A stretch of DNA of 64,000 nucleotides from Diadema antillarum (GCF_040938485.1 NW_027270984.1:2480001-2544000), one strand, 5' to 3'. Counted from the stretch's first letter, positions 1 through 12,591 are shown. The notes: generated by a model from the letters alone, not told the origin. Numbers and translations: made by a program.

Positions 1-548
1 TTCACCTTCATAGACATGTGGGTTAAGTGAATGCAGCAATATTAGCAGAGCACATTAGTGATAATTTGAGGAAAACCGGACAATCCGTTCAAAAGTTATG
101 AATTTTTGAAGTTATTGCTCAGTCATGGCTGGATGACAAGACTACTATGGCTTGTGATGTCACATGTGTACAACAATACAAAAAAGTATGAAGAAAATCA
201 AACATATTTCCACTTTTCTCGCATAACAAAAGAACAATCGACTTCTCTATTTCAGAGGCGAGGGGGATAGTGTTACTCATATAACATACGTCAGTAACAA
301 GTCCAGAAAATATGCACTTTATTCAAGAAGCGAAGTTTTATGAAATTCTCTAATTATTTTCGTCATAATTATGGTTCTATGCATATGACATCATAGTCTC
401 CTCATGTAGCAGTGATTGTGCAGATAATTTACAAATTCATAACTTTTAAACGGATTGTCAAGTTTTCCTCAAATGTTCTCTGATGTGTTCTACTAATATT
501 GTTGCATTCACTGATCCCTCATGTCTATGACGGTGATCTTGTCCTTTA
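1..548. mobile_element. MITE with ~45-bp terminal inverted repeats; left end cut by the window edge
   Basis: The window start ttcaccttcatagacatgtgggttaagtgaatgc matches the reverse complement of ~504-548 (taaaggacaagatcaccgtcatagacatgagggatcagtgaatgc). No coding capacity. Confidence 0.75.
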
Positions 549-835
549 GATACATGAAACAGTTGTACATAGACCTATAGGGTGACGAAAATGAGAGGCA
601 ACAGTGACAAAATTGCAGTGTTTATCAATGAATCAATGAGGTTGGGTAATACATCAAATCGTTGTATCATTTTGCTGAGAGGTGCCTGGTTTCCAATACG
701 CTATATCAAGACGTTTTCTCCAAGAGACATGTGCTGTGGATTAGAGGCTATACTACATGATGAGGTGCAAGTAAAGCGTGACGAAAATAAGCAGCAGAGG
801 TAACAAAATCGACTGAGGCAACAATATGCTTAAAT
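549..835 (-). repeat. ~1.5 monomers of the ~189-bp satellite in inverted orientation
   Basis: The reverse complement contains the satellite motifs ttttcgtcac, ctctaatccacagcacatgtctcttggagaaaacgtcttgatatagc and atacaacgatttgatgtatta. Confidence 0.85.
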
Positions 836-854
836 AATATTATGCATAAATATA

Positions 855-903
855 AATGCATTCACTCAATCCACATGTCTAGTAAGGTGAACTTGTCCTT
901 GAA
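855..903. mobile_element. Isolated terminal fragment of the 1-548 MITE family
   Basis: gcattcactcaatccacatgtctagtaaggtgaacttgtccttgaa resembles the MITE right end at 504-548. Confidence 0.7.
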
Positions 904-904
904 G

Positions 905-3900
905 AACTCGAATGCAAAGCATATATCTCTGCGACAAAAACGTTTTGAAATAGTTCATTGAGAATCATGTCTGTCTAAACGACTTGGTGTAACGATTTGA
1001 TGTAATATTTTAGCATATTGTTGGTTTAATCCATTTCGTCACCGCTGTTGCCCTTTTTCGTCACCCTTTATTCACTTCGTCATCATGTATTTGAGCCTAT
1101 AATCTAGAACACTTGTCTCTTGGAAAAAACATTGATTTAGAGCATTTGGAAGCCTGCAACTCTCAGCAAAGTGATATTACGAGTTGATGCATTACCTACA
1201 CTTCGGGGCTTGATTAAATTTCATCACCGTTACTGCCTTTTTTCGTCATCCTGTCTGGTTCTGGATGTAGTACGGTGCAGGACCTTGCGTTATAAGGCAC
1301 CGGGTGAGAGAGGGCACGTTGGGAGCGTTGGTAGTCAAAGTGAAGAAGAAGACTTACTCCATCTTTGCTTTGAAAACCTCCTATACTGTTAACGACTTCA
1401 GCTGGAAGTTAATTCCAAACCAGTATCGGTTTCACAAAAGAAAAAAAGAGTGAAACTCGGTCGGTATACTGATGTGTTACAGTGCCTTACTGTGTAACAT
1501 TTAGTTTGATTTATAACGTAATTTTCGACATTTTTTTCTTACGTTACATTCTTTATATTTCTTTGCTGTAATAGTTCGCTTGGGTCTTACTTTAGTGAAA
1601 ACAGTTTCAGAATGTAGGGCTGGGACCAACCCCTCTACCACTTTGAAGAATGATTTTAATCTCCGGATCTGGCATCCCAAGGTAAGAGTTGGCAAGTTCA
1701 GTTTCTCCCTCATGCACGTTGTACAGTCTGGATCGCGGAAAATGTAGTCACTGCATATGAACCTTACAGCTCTTCGTTGTGGGGTTTTCCCCTGTCTGTC
1801 AACTCTTTGATATACTTGAGCCATATATTCCAAAACACTTTTCTCTTTGATATAACGTCTTGATATCGCACGTTGAGAAGTATACAAGTCTCAGTAAAGC
1901 GGCATAACGAGTTGATGTACAAGTAATAAAGAATATTGTTGGCTGATTCGATTCCGTCACCGCTGCTGCCTGTTTTCGTCACTCGTTATTTACAACTATC
2001 TGATGCGTTTGAACCCTCTAATCCAAGCCCACATGCCTTGAATAAAATGTCTTCATAAAGCACAATAAGAAGCACACAGCTCTCAGTAAAGTGATATGAC
2101 GAGTTGATTTATTACTTGAGCAAAATGAGGGCTGATTCGATTCCGTCACCGCTGTTGCCTGTTTCCGTCACCATTTATCTACAAATGGCTGATGCATTTG
2201 ATCCCTCTAATCCAAAGGATACATCTCTTGGATATAACATCTCGACAAAGCACATTGAGAAGCATGCATATCTCAATAAAGTGATACGACGAGTTGACTT
2301 ATTGCTTGAGCAAAATGTGGGCTGATTCGATTTCGTCACTGTTGCTGCCTGTTTTTGTCACTATTTATTTACAACTGTCTTATACATTTAAGCCCTCTAA
2401 TCCAAAGCATACGTCTCTTGGATAAAACGTATTGATTTAGCAAACTGAGAGCCATGCAACTCCCAAGCAAGTGGCGTGACGAGCTGATATATCACGTAAC
2501 CACATTTTGATCTCATTTGATTTCGTCAAAGTTGGTGAATTTTTCGTCAACCTTTACGTACAACTTTCTGATGCATTTCAGTTGTCTAATCCAAAGCTCA
2601 TGCCACTTGAAAAAAATATTGATAAAGTACATTGTGATATACAACTGTAAAAAAATGGTATAACAATTTGATGAATTAGCTAATCATATCCAGGACTAAA
2701 TCGATTTCGTCGCCGTTGTCGCCTTTTTCGTAACCCTTCGTGTACAACGGCATCATGTATTCAAGACCTCGAATGCAAAGATCATGTCTCTGGGAGAAAA
2801 TGTCTTGATGTAGCACATTGAGAAGAATGGAACACTAAGTAATTTGGTATAACAATTTGAAGCATCATTTAGACACATTGTTTGCTTCCGTCACCCTGAT
2901 TGCCTTTTTCGTCACCCTTTATTTACAACCTCATCATGTATTTTCGACCCCTCTAATATAAACACGTCTCTTTTATAAATTTCTTGATATAGCACATTGA
3001 GAAGCATGCAGCCCTGTAATCCAAAGTACATTCGTCTTGGATAAAAACGCCTTGATAAAGCATGATACGAACCATTCGGCTCTCTGTAGAAAGGTATAAA
3101 GAGTAGTACTAGAGTAAATTTTGGTCCAAATCGATGTCGTCACCGTTGCTGTCTGTTTTCGTCACTCTTTATTTTCATCTTCCTGATACAATTGAGCCCT
3201 CTAATCTAAAGCACATACCTCTTGGAGAAAACGTCTTGCTGTAGCACAATGAGAACCATGCAACTCCCAACAAAGTGGTATGACGAGTTGATATATTACC
3301 TAACCACATTTCGGATTAGTTAAATTTTCTCACAGTTGCTGCCTTTATCTTCATCCTTTATGTACAACTTTCTGATGCATTTGAGCCCCCATAGCAAAAG
3401 CTCATTGGGATACATGCAACTCTGAACAAAATGAACAATTCGACGTATTAGCTAATCATATCGTGGACTGAATCGATTTAGACACCGTTGCTGCCTTATT
3501 TCACCACCCTTCATGTACAATTAGTTTCATGTACATGTATTTGAGCCCTAGAATGCAAAGCACACGTCACTGGGGGAAAACTTCTTGATGCACTGTAAAG
3601 CACACTGAGAAGCATGCAACTCCGATCATAGTCGTAAAACGATGTGATGTATTATTCAAGCGTATTGTTGCCTGAATCGATTTCGTCAGCGTTCTCCTTT
3701 TCTTCGCCCTTTATTTACAACCTCCTCATGTACAGTATATTAGCCCTCTAATCGAAACCACATGTATCCTGAAAAAAAAGAATATTTTTGATATAGTACA
3801 TTGAGAGGCATGTAACCCTTAGCAAATTGGTATGATACTGTATTACCATAGCACATTGTAGGTTGATTCGATTTTGTCACCGTTGCTGCCTTTTTTCGTC

Positions 3901-4500
3901 ACCCTTTCTGTATATTTGTCTGATGCATTTCAGCCCTCTAATTCAAAGCTCATGCCACTTGGAGAGATATTCTTGATACAGCACATTGAGAAGCATACAA
4001 TTCTAATCAAAGTTGCAGAATGATTTGATGTCTTCGCTAAGCATATTGTTGGCTGAATCAATTTTGTCACCCTGCTGCCATATTTCGTCATCCTGTATTT
4101 ACAACGTCTTCAAGTATTTGAGCCTCTAATCCAAAGGGCACGTCTCTTGGATGAAATGTCTTGATTTGGCTCGTTGAGAAGCATGCAACTCTCAGCAATG
4201 TTGAATTACGAGTTGATGGATTATTTAAGAATATTGTGGCTGAATCGATTTCGTTACCGTTGCCGCCTTCTTTCGTCACCCCTTATTTACAACTGTCTGA
4301 GGTATTTGACCCCTGCAATCCAAAGCAAGTGTGTCTTGGACAAAACGTCTTGATAAACCACATTCAGAAGCGTGCTACTCTAAGCAAAGTGGAAAATAAG
4401 TTGAGGTATTAGCTAAGCACATTGTGGGCTGATTTAATTTCGTCACCGTTGCTGCCTTTTTCTGTCATCCTTGGTTTACAACTGCATGTCTGATGCATTT
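905..4500 (+). repeat. Tandem satellite, ~189-bp monomer, ~16 diverged copies, interrupted by a LINE fragment
   Basis: The motif tttcgtcaccg(t/c)tgctgcc recurs near 1041, 1226, 1959, 2148, 2338, 2528, 2712, 2893, 3142, 3332, 3484, 3688, 3879, 4069, 4256 and 4445. Spacing is mostly 181-191 bp. Confidence 0.95.
1254..1845 (-). mobile_element. 5'-truncated LINE 3' end (CR1/L2-group ORF2 C-terminus and tail) inserted in the satellite
   Basis: The minus strand reads SVLEYMAQVY...PQRRAVRFICSDY...LNLPTLTL...RLKSFFKVVEGLV...WN*LP, resembling the post-RT region of CR1/L2-type elements. It ends in a short ccagaaccaga repeat tail. Confidence 0.75.
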
Positions 4501-5040
4501 GAGTTATGGGAGTGGGAAGGGGCTGATCTATGATTTGGGCCGTATTTCAAAGGGGATTATCAGCACAATCATATACGAGTGCTTTATTTTTGACCTTTTT
4601 AGTTTGTGTATGTTTGTCATTATACTTGTCTTTGTGTGTGTCAATGCGTGTGTATGCACGTGTGTAGGCATGAATACGTGTGCGTGTTTTAATTCAATTT
4701 TTACTGCATAATATTCAACCTTTTTATCATTGCTGTCACATCGACGTATTTTGTAACTAAAAGAAGAATATTTCGTTTTCGGAATAACGAACCTGATTCT
4801 ATTATCAGATTAACGATCCTTGGGCGATGAATCCCAGAAAGGACATGAAGGAATATAATCATTTATGAAATCTTGTCAGAAAATACGAGTGTAATTCATT
4901 TCTGACAGGTCGAATCAAGTGAATGTTATTTTAACAACCACAATGGTACAAGACTATTTAGCAGAGCCACACGTGTCACTTCTAGCGATTTGGACATGGA
5001 CACAACTCTTGCATGTTGTGCCTCAGTTGCGTAATACGTC

Positions 5041-5091
<51 letters not shown>

Positions 5092-5115
5092 GGTGTGTGT
5101 GTGCGTGCGTGTTTG
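5041..5115. repeat. (TG)n microsatellite
   Basis: Direct inspection. It explains the CVCVCV and THTHTH ORFs in the track. Confidence 0.98.
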
Positions 5116-6379
5116 TATGTGTATTTTGCCACAGTTGTTCGCTTGTTGATGATACTCAATTTAGCCATACATATGCATACAGAATGGCCACAAAGATGTC
5201 CTCATATGCATTTGTAATGAAATGTGAATCAGAATTGGTTTATCATTACTTGTTGCCAGGACCACATAGATGGCATCTCGCAATTTCGTGATTGCAAAGA
5301 ATGCATCATATTTCCCCTGGGCTTTTGGCTTTGCAGGAATCTTTTTGTGTCGCAGCTCCTCTTTGTTTCCTCTTTGGACGCCCATATACCGCGGACGAGT
5401 TCTTACCCGTGACAGTGTAATCACGCGTGAACACGACAGAAAATGCCTGTCTAAAGTCTACGGTGCTCCGATATAGGGGTTGATGTATTGACGGCAGCTT
5501 TATTCATGTTAAGCAAATATCATTCAAAGTTTAATACAAAAATATATGTTAACTCAAAGTTAAAAATAACAAAGGGGAGTGGTGATATCATATACATTTC
5601 CGAAACGTACAATTGAAGTAAATATCAAGTAGACTTTACTCCAATAATTGAAGGTTTGCATTCGGCAGTAATTTGGGAGTAGTTTCCACGTGTAAAACCC
5701 TCATAGATTTACAACTGATGTCAGTTGCACTGATTACCATAATTCTTTTCTATTTGAAGTAAGGTAAGATGTAATACACCTTAAAAAGAATAGAGAAGAG
5801 TGAAAAAATACTGTAGTAAGCTGAAAGAGACAGGCAAACTGTATTTTTATTGAAAGATTATCTGTAGTATACCTAGGAGAGTAGACTAGCATTTCTTCGG
5901 GCTCTGCGACGTGTTTTGATTGACATCCGATGCTCAGCCAATAAAACTTCGAGAGTTGACGACTGACAAATGTCTTGCCACACCCGGTTCCACGCCTCTA
6001 TTCGGAGGTTTCTTACTAGACGGATTTTTAGCCAACTTGACTTCCACATCGTCGCGCCCTCTATTGACTGCCAATCACTGATTTAGGCTAAAATTACGTC
6101 GCCCGCTAGACTAGGCTCGGCCGCGCTTTTGATTCAAACCTTTCAATATTTTGTCGTAGTGGCGCTCTGCTTGTAAACAAACGCAGTTTGGTATTGTCTG
6201 GTTTTCAGACCCTTTGCCTACTGAATTCCGTGGCGACAAAGTCGCCGTTCGGGCAAAGGCCTTTGCCGAAGGAAAAAATCCTTTGCAGGACAAAACCACC
6301 TTAAATTATAGTAGTTTTCGACGTTGAGGGGTTAATATCCTGAATAGCGAAATAGTACAGGCAGAGGGTTTGGAAGCCA

Positions 6380-6578
6380 GACTAAAATTGGCCGCGCATT
6401 TGGCCCAGTTTGCGTTTACACTGAGAAAAGGCCGGGCGAGCCGTGGCCGAGACCACCTCCAGAGCGTGGCCAAATGCGAGGCCAATTTTTGCCTCGCATT
6501 TGGCCTTTTGCGCGTTTACACTGAAATGAAGGTGTGCTGATCGGCCGAGGCCGAGCCTCGCACTGTAAACGGGGTCTA
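6380..6578. mobile_element. GC-rich palindromic MITE fragment
   Basis: Perfect 15-bp hairpin arms ggccaaatgcgaggc / gcctcgcatttggcc and repeated gcgtttacactg. It ends at cactgtaaacggggtctaa, just before GNMT-paralog intron homology begins. Confidence 0.6.
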
Positions 6579-7238
6579 ACACTAATTTTATGTTCTTCCA
6601 CTCTACTCAGTATACACAAAATTTGTTGTTGGTTATTCCCATGCTTACCATTAATATGGCAAAATGATTAATCATCAACGAGAAAAGAACGAACCAAATT
6701 GGTTATGTCACCCAATGTGAACACTTGCATACCAAGCAAAATCTCAATCGGTAAAATCAGTTTTAATGACAGCTGCTTCCGCATATTGCGCATTACCATC
6801 CATTCTTCTTAATCTCATTATGAACAAATGTCTCACGAATCCCCCATGCGCTTTTGTTTCAATATGCACATAACGTCCTTATACAAGGCTGCTCATTTTT
6901 TCCTTGCACCTAATTATCACTTCTTTTACAAGGGCGTTGTAAAGTGTGCTATCAACAGCTGCTTCTGACTACAGATATGCACATCGACTTCATGAAGGCA
7001 GCGCACAACCAGTGCTTTTGTGAACAAACCAACGAACAAAAGGGTAGATCTGAAAGACCACGAACCGTTGGATGTACAGAGTGGTACAATCAAAATAATT
7101 GAAGTCGATTCTCGCACTTTACAACGAACGAAATGCTAACTAATATTTCAGAGAGTCAAAGACAACTTCCCAGGCAATAAAGAAATGTTCATACGTGGCT
7201 GCTCATGCGTAAGCTGTGTGATGGTTGTGTCCTCCAGT

Positions 7239-7929
7239 TGTGACCCTGCACCACAAAACGAACAAAAAGTCGCCAGATATGGATTTTTAGTTAAGGGCAG
7301 ATTCTGAAAGAGCACACTCTAAGCTTTAAAATGATGTATAATTCAACTCAAAATGGATTCTCCTAACTCATATAAATATTGGAAAGAAAGCCCACACTCT
7401 GGAAAAGTTTGAACTGAGAAAAGAAGCTCTGAAGTACAGGGTTTATTCAAGTACTTAACCTTTACTAAGCCGTGCTACCTGTGCCGTGAATGGGACAAAA
7501 AATGATGTAAACCACTGTAGCAACAACAATGAAGGAATTATCAAATCAAACTATTATTGAGCATGCTCTATTAACACATTCTGTGCATGATAGATTTCAA
7601 TTCTCAAAGCAGTAGCACCATCTTTTAGAAAGTTATTAGAGTTGAAAGTGAAGTGTGCACAAAGGATTTTCAAGAAATGAAAAGGGGCCTCTAAAGAAAA
7701 ACCCTGATCACACTACTCTACCGAAAAAGGGTTGTAGAAAAACTGTTGAAAACCCACCTTCCCATTCAGTTTATGATTCCAAACTCAAGAATAATGTAGA
7801 AGAAGAATAGCTCTTTAAGAAAATAAGAAAAACTAAAAATTGACTTTGTTGACACGTTTCACCTTTCTTGAGTCCTCACGTAAAATCAAGGGGTGCGACT
7901 TTTTGTTTGTTTTGTGATGCACGGTCACA
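7239..7929. mobile_element. Non-autonomous DNA transposon, 691 bp, ~35-bp TIRs
   Basis: TIRs tgtgacc(c/g)tgca(c/t)cacaaaac(g/a)aacaaaaagtcgc at both ends. The element is absent from the paralogous intron, whose empty site reads cctcca|tttgtaat at ~26580. Confidence 0.9.
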
Positions 7930-9908
7930 TTTGTAATATTATGCAAATAAGAAATGATAAAGCGGTATAAACTTGAATTAATCGTTACAATGGTGCAACG
8001 TGCAACATGCACGAGGAGCAGCTGAGTGCATGTTGCTCGACGTTGTGAATACCCGAGAGTGAGCTGTATCTCCACTTTCATGTCACGATATTACATGCAG
8101 ACCTGTGCATTACTTGTGTTATGAAAGGGGTCTATGAACTGTTTTTTCAACATTTCTTTTCATTTAACTCTATCTATGAATACCAGTCAGCTTCATGTAG
8201 AATACATTCTCATACGCAAGGTTCCAAACACATTGAACGTGAACTTAGATTTTTCTACAGTAAAGAAGTGATTGAGCACGAGCTCGTACAACTGGTTGTT
8301 TGTATGCCGCTTCTGAAGAATGTATAGGTACCGACTTCAGTGAGCGTGCAGTTTAATACCAAAATGCTTTCTTGCTGCACACATTTTAAAAACCTGTCAT
8401 ATTGGTAAGAAAGTAGCGAGCGAACATGAATGTAATTCATTCCAGTCCTTCTGACTGGCTACATTCTTGTGATTGGCTATATTCTTGAACCCATTCTTAT
8501 TATAATATCGTATTGTTCATTTTGCCGAGGGTTTGTTTTTTCCAAAAGTTCGTTGATCCGAAGATTTGTTATTAAGAGGGTTTAATGTATAAAGGCACTT
8601 TACAACAAACAAATATCAGCTATTTCAGAAAGTAAAGGATATGTTATTAAGGCCTATCCTTCTAGAGAACGCTCATCATTCGGAATAACAAACCTCATTT
8701 CATTTCAACGAAACATCTTAATAACGCCCAAATGCTCTGATAAACGCCTCATTTCATTTTTGGATTACAACTAGGATTTCATAGGTGTTCGGAACTTGTG
8801 TAGTTCCGAAGGATGAGCCGTCGGAATGAGGTACCTACTTTCAATTTAGGAATAATGAAACTTCGGAATAACGAATATCATCATTACACAGTATACATTC
8901 TCTAGATATGAACTGTTTTTCTTGTTTTTTCTTAATGCGGTTATCTTTTAATCGATGTACACTATCATCTAAACGAAGAAACGATCTTCCACTCATTAAA
9001 TATCCTGTAGGCATAATTTGTAAACGTTTGTCTTTGAGGCTAGGTTGAACAAAAAGGTACAATGTTTGAAGTACGTATTACGTTCTTTGATAAAAGTATT
9101 TAGTATTAATTATAGATATTTAGTATTTTCTCTCATGCCTTATATTGCTACCGGTACGAGTTATTGTAATTCAATTTTTTATGTTTCACCGCTAATACGT
9201 TACTCTTGTCTGTGTTTTCCATCATTATCAGTTTGCGGCATTGTATTGTAATGCATACACTCTAAAATCAAACGATAAATCCAATATTCTAAATGTTGTC
9301 ACTCCTCGAACCTCTTATAAATGTTAAGTCGAACATTTTAGAGTGTTCAGTCTAAAATTGTTTTATACCTACCAAAGGTTGAAGGAGTGACAACATAAAA
9401 AAAAAATGAGATTTACCATTTCATTTTAGAGTGTTTAGTACTGGGTACAGGCAACCAACACTGTAAACTATCACGTATGTCCCCAACAAAGGCTGTTAAT
9501 CTGAATCTGAATCATTACGTCTTTAGTCACAAAATCTCAAAAAGGAATTACTTTTTGAATACATTTGAATTTGATAAGAGAGTTAAAAAAAATGCATCCA
9601 CCATAGTCAAATGATTTTGAAAGAATTGTCCCAGTTACGGAATTTAATCACCTGGTATCCGCACCATCCATTATTTTTGTTCCTTTGATAGTGATAAGGG
9701 AAAGACATGAGCAAATCTAAACATGTTATCTACACACTGTAACAGACCATCATCTGTTAAAGAGAAGAGCAAGTCTTTTTAGCACATCGGAATATAAAAG
9801 GCACATGTTATGACAAAATGATTTGCGAAGGAGCATAAACAACGGAAAAAACAGTATTCTTTTCATGAACTGAGAATGAACTTCAAGTATATTTCTCATA
9901 CAATACAG

Positions 9909-10045
9909 ATTGACACGGTAAAGAGCATATCAACAAACATCAAAGAAAAGGATGGCTCACCCGCCTTAGTCGAAATAACTTATGACATGATCGTAGACAA
10001 CACTGGAGGGTCCACGACAAATCGCAAGGATGAGCAAGAAGTACC
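9909..10045 (+). CDS. GNMT: GNMT-like copy A, penultimate coding exon (IDTVKSISTNIKEKDGSPALVEITYDMIVDNTGGSTTNRKDEQEV-P)
   Basis: tacag| acceptor, |gtaagt donor, phase 0 to phase 2. Near-identical to copy B exon 28537-28673 and aligns to the GNMT SDLTKD...VTLDY segment. Confidence 0.85.
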
Positions 10046-10548
10046 GTAAGTTCATTAACTTCATTTAGTTTCATTTACAAAGTGGAATATAATGTGCCAA
10101 GTTGAGTTGTGTATCTGGTACCTCAATAGGTTCGGAATATGCGTATTGCCCCTTGGTCTAATATCAGATGGTCTACTTCCCAGTTCGTCAACACCACTAC
10201 GGCTAAACTCATTTGGTCTACCAGTAGACTATCAATTTCGTCTGACGTCCGTTTGGTCTAATCATCACTTGGTCTAATGTCCAGTTTGGCTAATTATCAT
10301 TATGTCTAATAACCAGATGGTCTAATTGCCATTTAGACTCCTTTGATTTTTTCCATTTTGTTTTATACACTATGGGTATTAGACGAAATGGGCATAGCCC
10401 ATCCGGTCTAATACTCTGTGGGTAGTAGACGAAATGGGCATAGCCCATCAGGAAGTTAACCAACTGGTAATGAGTGCAGCAAAAAAAGAAGCTGAAAACT
10501 GCTTATGCAATAGTAGCGAGCCAATGGAGTAAAATGGAGTCAAAAGGG

Positions 10549-10587
10549 GACTGAGCTTTCGATCCTAGCAGAATCTTCGTCAGAGGC
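10549..10587 (-). ncRNA. Minimal type I hammerhead ribozyme motif in the PLE pLTR
   Basis: Minus strand: GCCU-CUGACGA-A-[GAUUCU GCU AGGAUC]-GAAA-GC-UC-AGUC. The core is intact, there is a 6-bp stem II and a palindromic AGCU stem III, and stem I has one mismatch. Confidence 0.8.
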
Positions 10588-11399
10588 AAAATGATAAACA
10601 AGCAGGGAAAGCAATTACATATAAGGACTTCACACAACAAGACCAGTCAGGGACAGGCTAGGGACACAGAACAATATAAGCAAACAAAAGGAGAGGGTAG
10701 GAGGTCATGGGCAAGGAGCCCAACAGGTAAAGAGAGGGGGATTAGAGCGGGAGGGTGGACAGACAAAAGGTGGAATAAAGCATCAGTAATGACCCTGCAT
10801 GAAGACCATGGGGGCAACCATTGAAGGAAAAGGATGAATAGGGAGGCAACATCAAACAAGATAAGGAACAACAGAGGGATAAAGAAAGGAAAAGAGTGAA
10901 ATATCAACAGCAAGGGGAAGGGGGGGGGGGGGTCTGAGCAAACAGCAAGCCCTAAAAAGGTGTTCCAAGAGGAGGCAAAATGAAAGTGAGAGTCAACCAA
11001 CAAATGCAAGTAATCAAACATATCAAAGTATATATACACACAATAATCATAATAATAATAGTAGTAGCAATAATGATAAGGATATTGGTAAAAGAAATTA
11101 AAAAACTAATAATAAATAAAGCACATATGAAAAAGGCAGAGGACACAAATCCAAGGGAGAGAAAAATGTATATGTTGATAAGCAAGCATAAGTGGGCATG
11201 GTGAGCACAAATATGTATAAACACAAATCAAAACAAGTGTGTGTATGTGTAGGTGAAAAAAACAGGCTGTATAAAAGAGACTCTAATAAGAGGAAGGAAT
11301 CAATCGGGAATAGAAGGGTCTGCAATTGGAAAAGGCGCAGAGGAAGAACAAAAAAAAAACCCCACCTAAAAATAGAAAAGAAAAGAAAATAACGAAAAA

Positions 11400-11402
11400 A
11401 GT

Positions 11403-11485
<83 letters not shown>

Positions 11486-11553
11486 AAACAAGGAAGGAAA
11501 AACTGACCAGAAACAATTGTAATAATAAATACCGAAAACTTTGAGCAAAGTTT

Positions 11554-11605
<52 letters not shown>
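11400..11605. repeat. Two (TA)n microsatellites within the PLE 3' region
   Basis: Direct inspection of ~11402-11481 and ~11557-11605. Confidence 0.97.
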
Positions 11606-11649
11606 TATTAAATAATTTCTCTCCTGGATATTGAGGCCATGGGGTTGGA

Positions 11650-12190
11650 TGGTGTGAAGTCGTTTCATCCAGAGCTTCTCTCTGCTGGTTCGGACTGTGT
11701 CTGGACGAGTGCCTAAAAGATTCAATGCCCTGTATAGTCATTATATATCAGTGATGGAATGATTGGCAGGATTGAAATGGTAGCCCACTGGAGTATCGAG
11801 CTTGGCTGTGTTGACAGTAGATCTCTGTCCATAGAAGCGTCTTTTGAGTGTTGTCTTGGTTTCCCCAATATACTGGATCCTTACACAAACTCTGCAAGTG
11901 ATGAGATACACGACATTAGTGGTAGTACAAGTCATGTTGCCTTTGGTGTGGTGAGAGAGGCCGGTAGAGTTGCTGGTGAAAGAGTCACTCTCATGGATGT
12001 GTATATTACAAATGATGCACCTACTGCCTCAACATTTGAATGTGCCATGCTATAAAGGAGAAGAATTGTCAGTGAGGGAGGGTACTTCAGTACGAACGAT
12101 GAGATCCTTGAGGTTGTGGGGGCGTCGGTATGCCAGGATGGGAGTATCTGGAACGGCCTGTAAAAGACGATCAGAGGTGTGAGGATATGG
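11650..12190 (-). pseudogene. Degenerate PLE RT-endonuclease linker and GIY-YIG endonuclease
   Basis: The minus strand reads PILAYRRPHNLKDLIVR...CTTTNVVYLITCRVCVRIQYIGETKTTLKRRF...PVGYHFN...GIE, with stops and frameshifts. Confidence 0.9.
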
Positions 12191-12552
12191 TGATTGCTGT
12201 TTGTTCAGACACCCCCCCCCCCCCCCCCTTCCCCTTGCTGTTGCTATTTCACTCTTCTCCTTTCTTTATCCCTCTGTTGTTCCTTATCTTGTTTGATGTT
12301 GCCTCCCTATTCATCCTTTTCCTTCAATGGTTGCCCCCATGGTCTTCATGCAGGGTCATTACTGATGCTTTATTCCACCTTTTGTCTGTCCACCCTCCCG
12401 CTCTAATCCCCCTCTCTTTACCTGTTGGGCTCCTTGCCCATGACCTCCTACCCTCTCCTTTTGTTTTCTTTAATTGTGTCCCTAGCCTGTCCCTGACTGT
12501 TCTTGTTGTGAGAAGTCCTAATGTGATTGCTTTCCCTGCCTGTTTGTCATTT

Positions 12553-12591
12553 GCCTCGGACGAAGATTCTGCTAGGATCGAAAGCTCAGGC
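12553..12591 (+). ncRNA. Second minimal hammerhead motif in the opposite pLTR copy (core U4 changed to G)
   Basis: GCCU-CGGACGA-A-[GAUUCU GCU AGGAUC]-GAAA-GC-UC-AGGC. Stem I is perfect (GCCU/AGGC), but the core reads CGGACGA instead of CUGANGA. Confidence 0.7.

Noticed and set aside
905-4500. Regular repeats as a CRISPR array or coding repeat
   Set aside because: The monomers are ~189 bp, diverged along their whole length, and have no unique spacers. ORFs over them are short and frame-inconsistent.
4919-5291. ORFs rich in CV/TH dipeptides
   Set aside because: Translations of a (TG)n microsatellite.
10591-11741. Cluster of 66-152 aa ORFs
   Set aside because: PLE pLTR and 3' UTR low-complexity sequence plus (TA)n tracts; no protein-like motifs.
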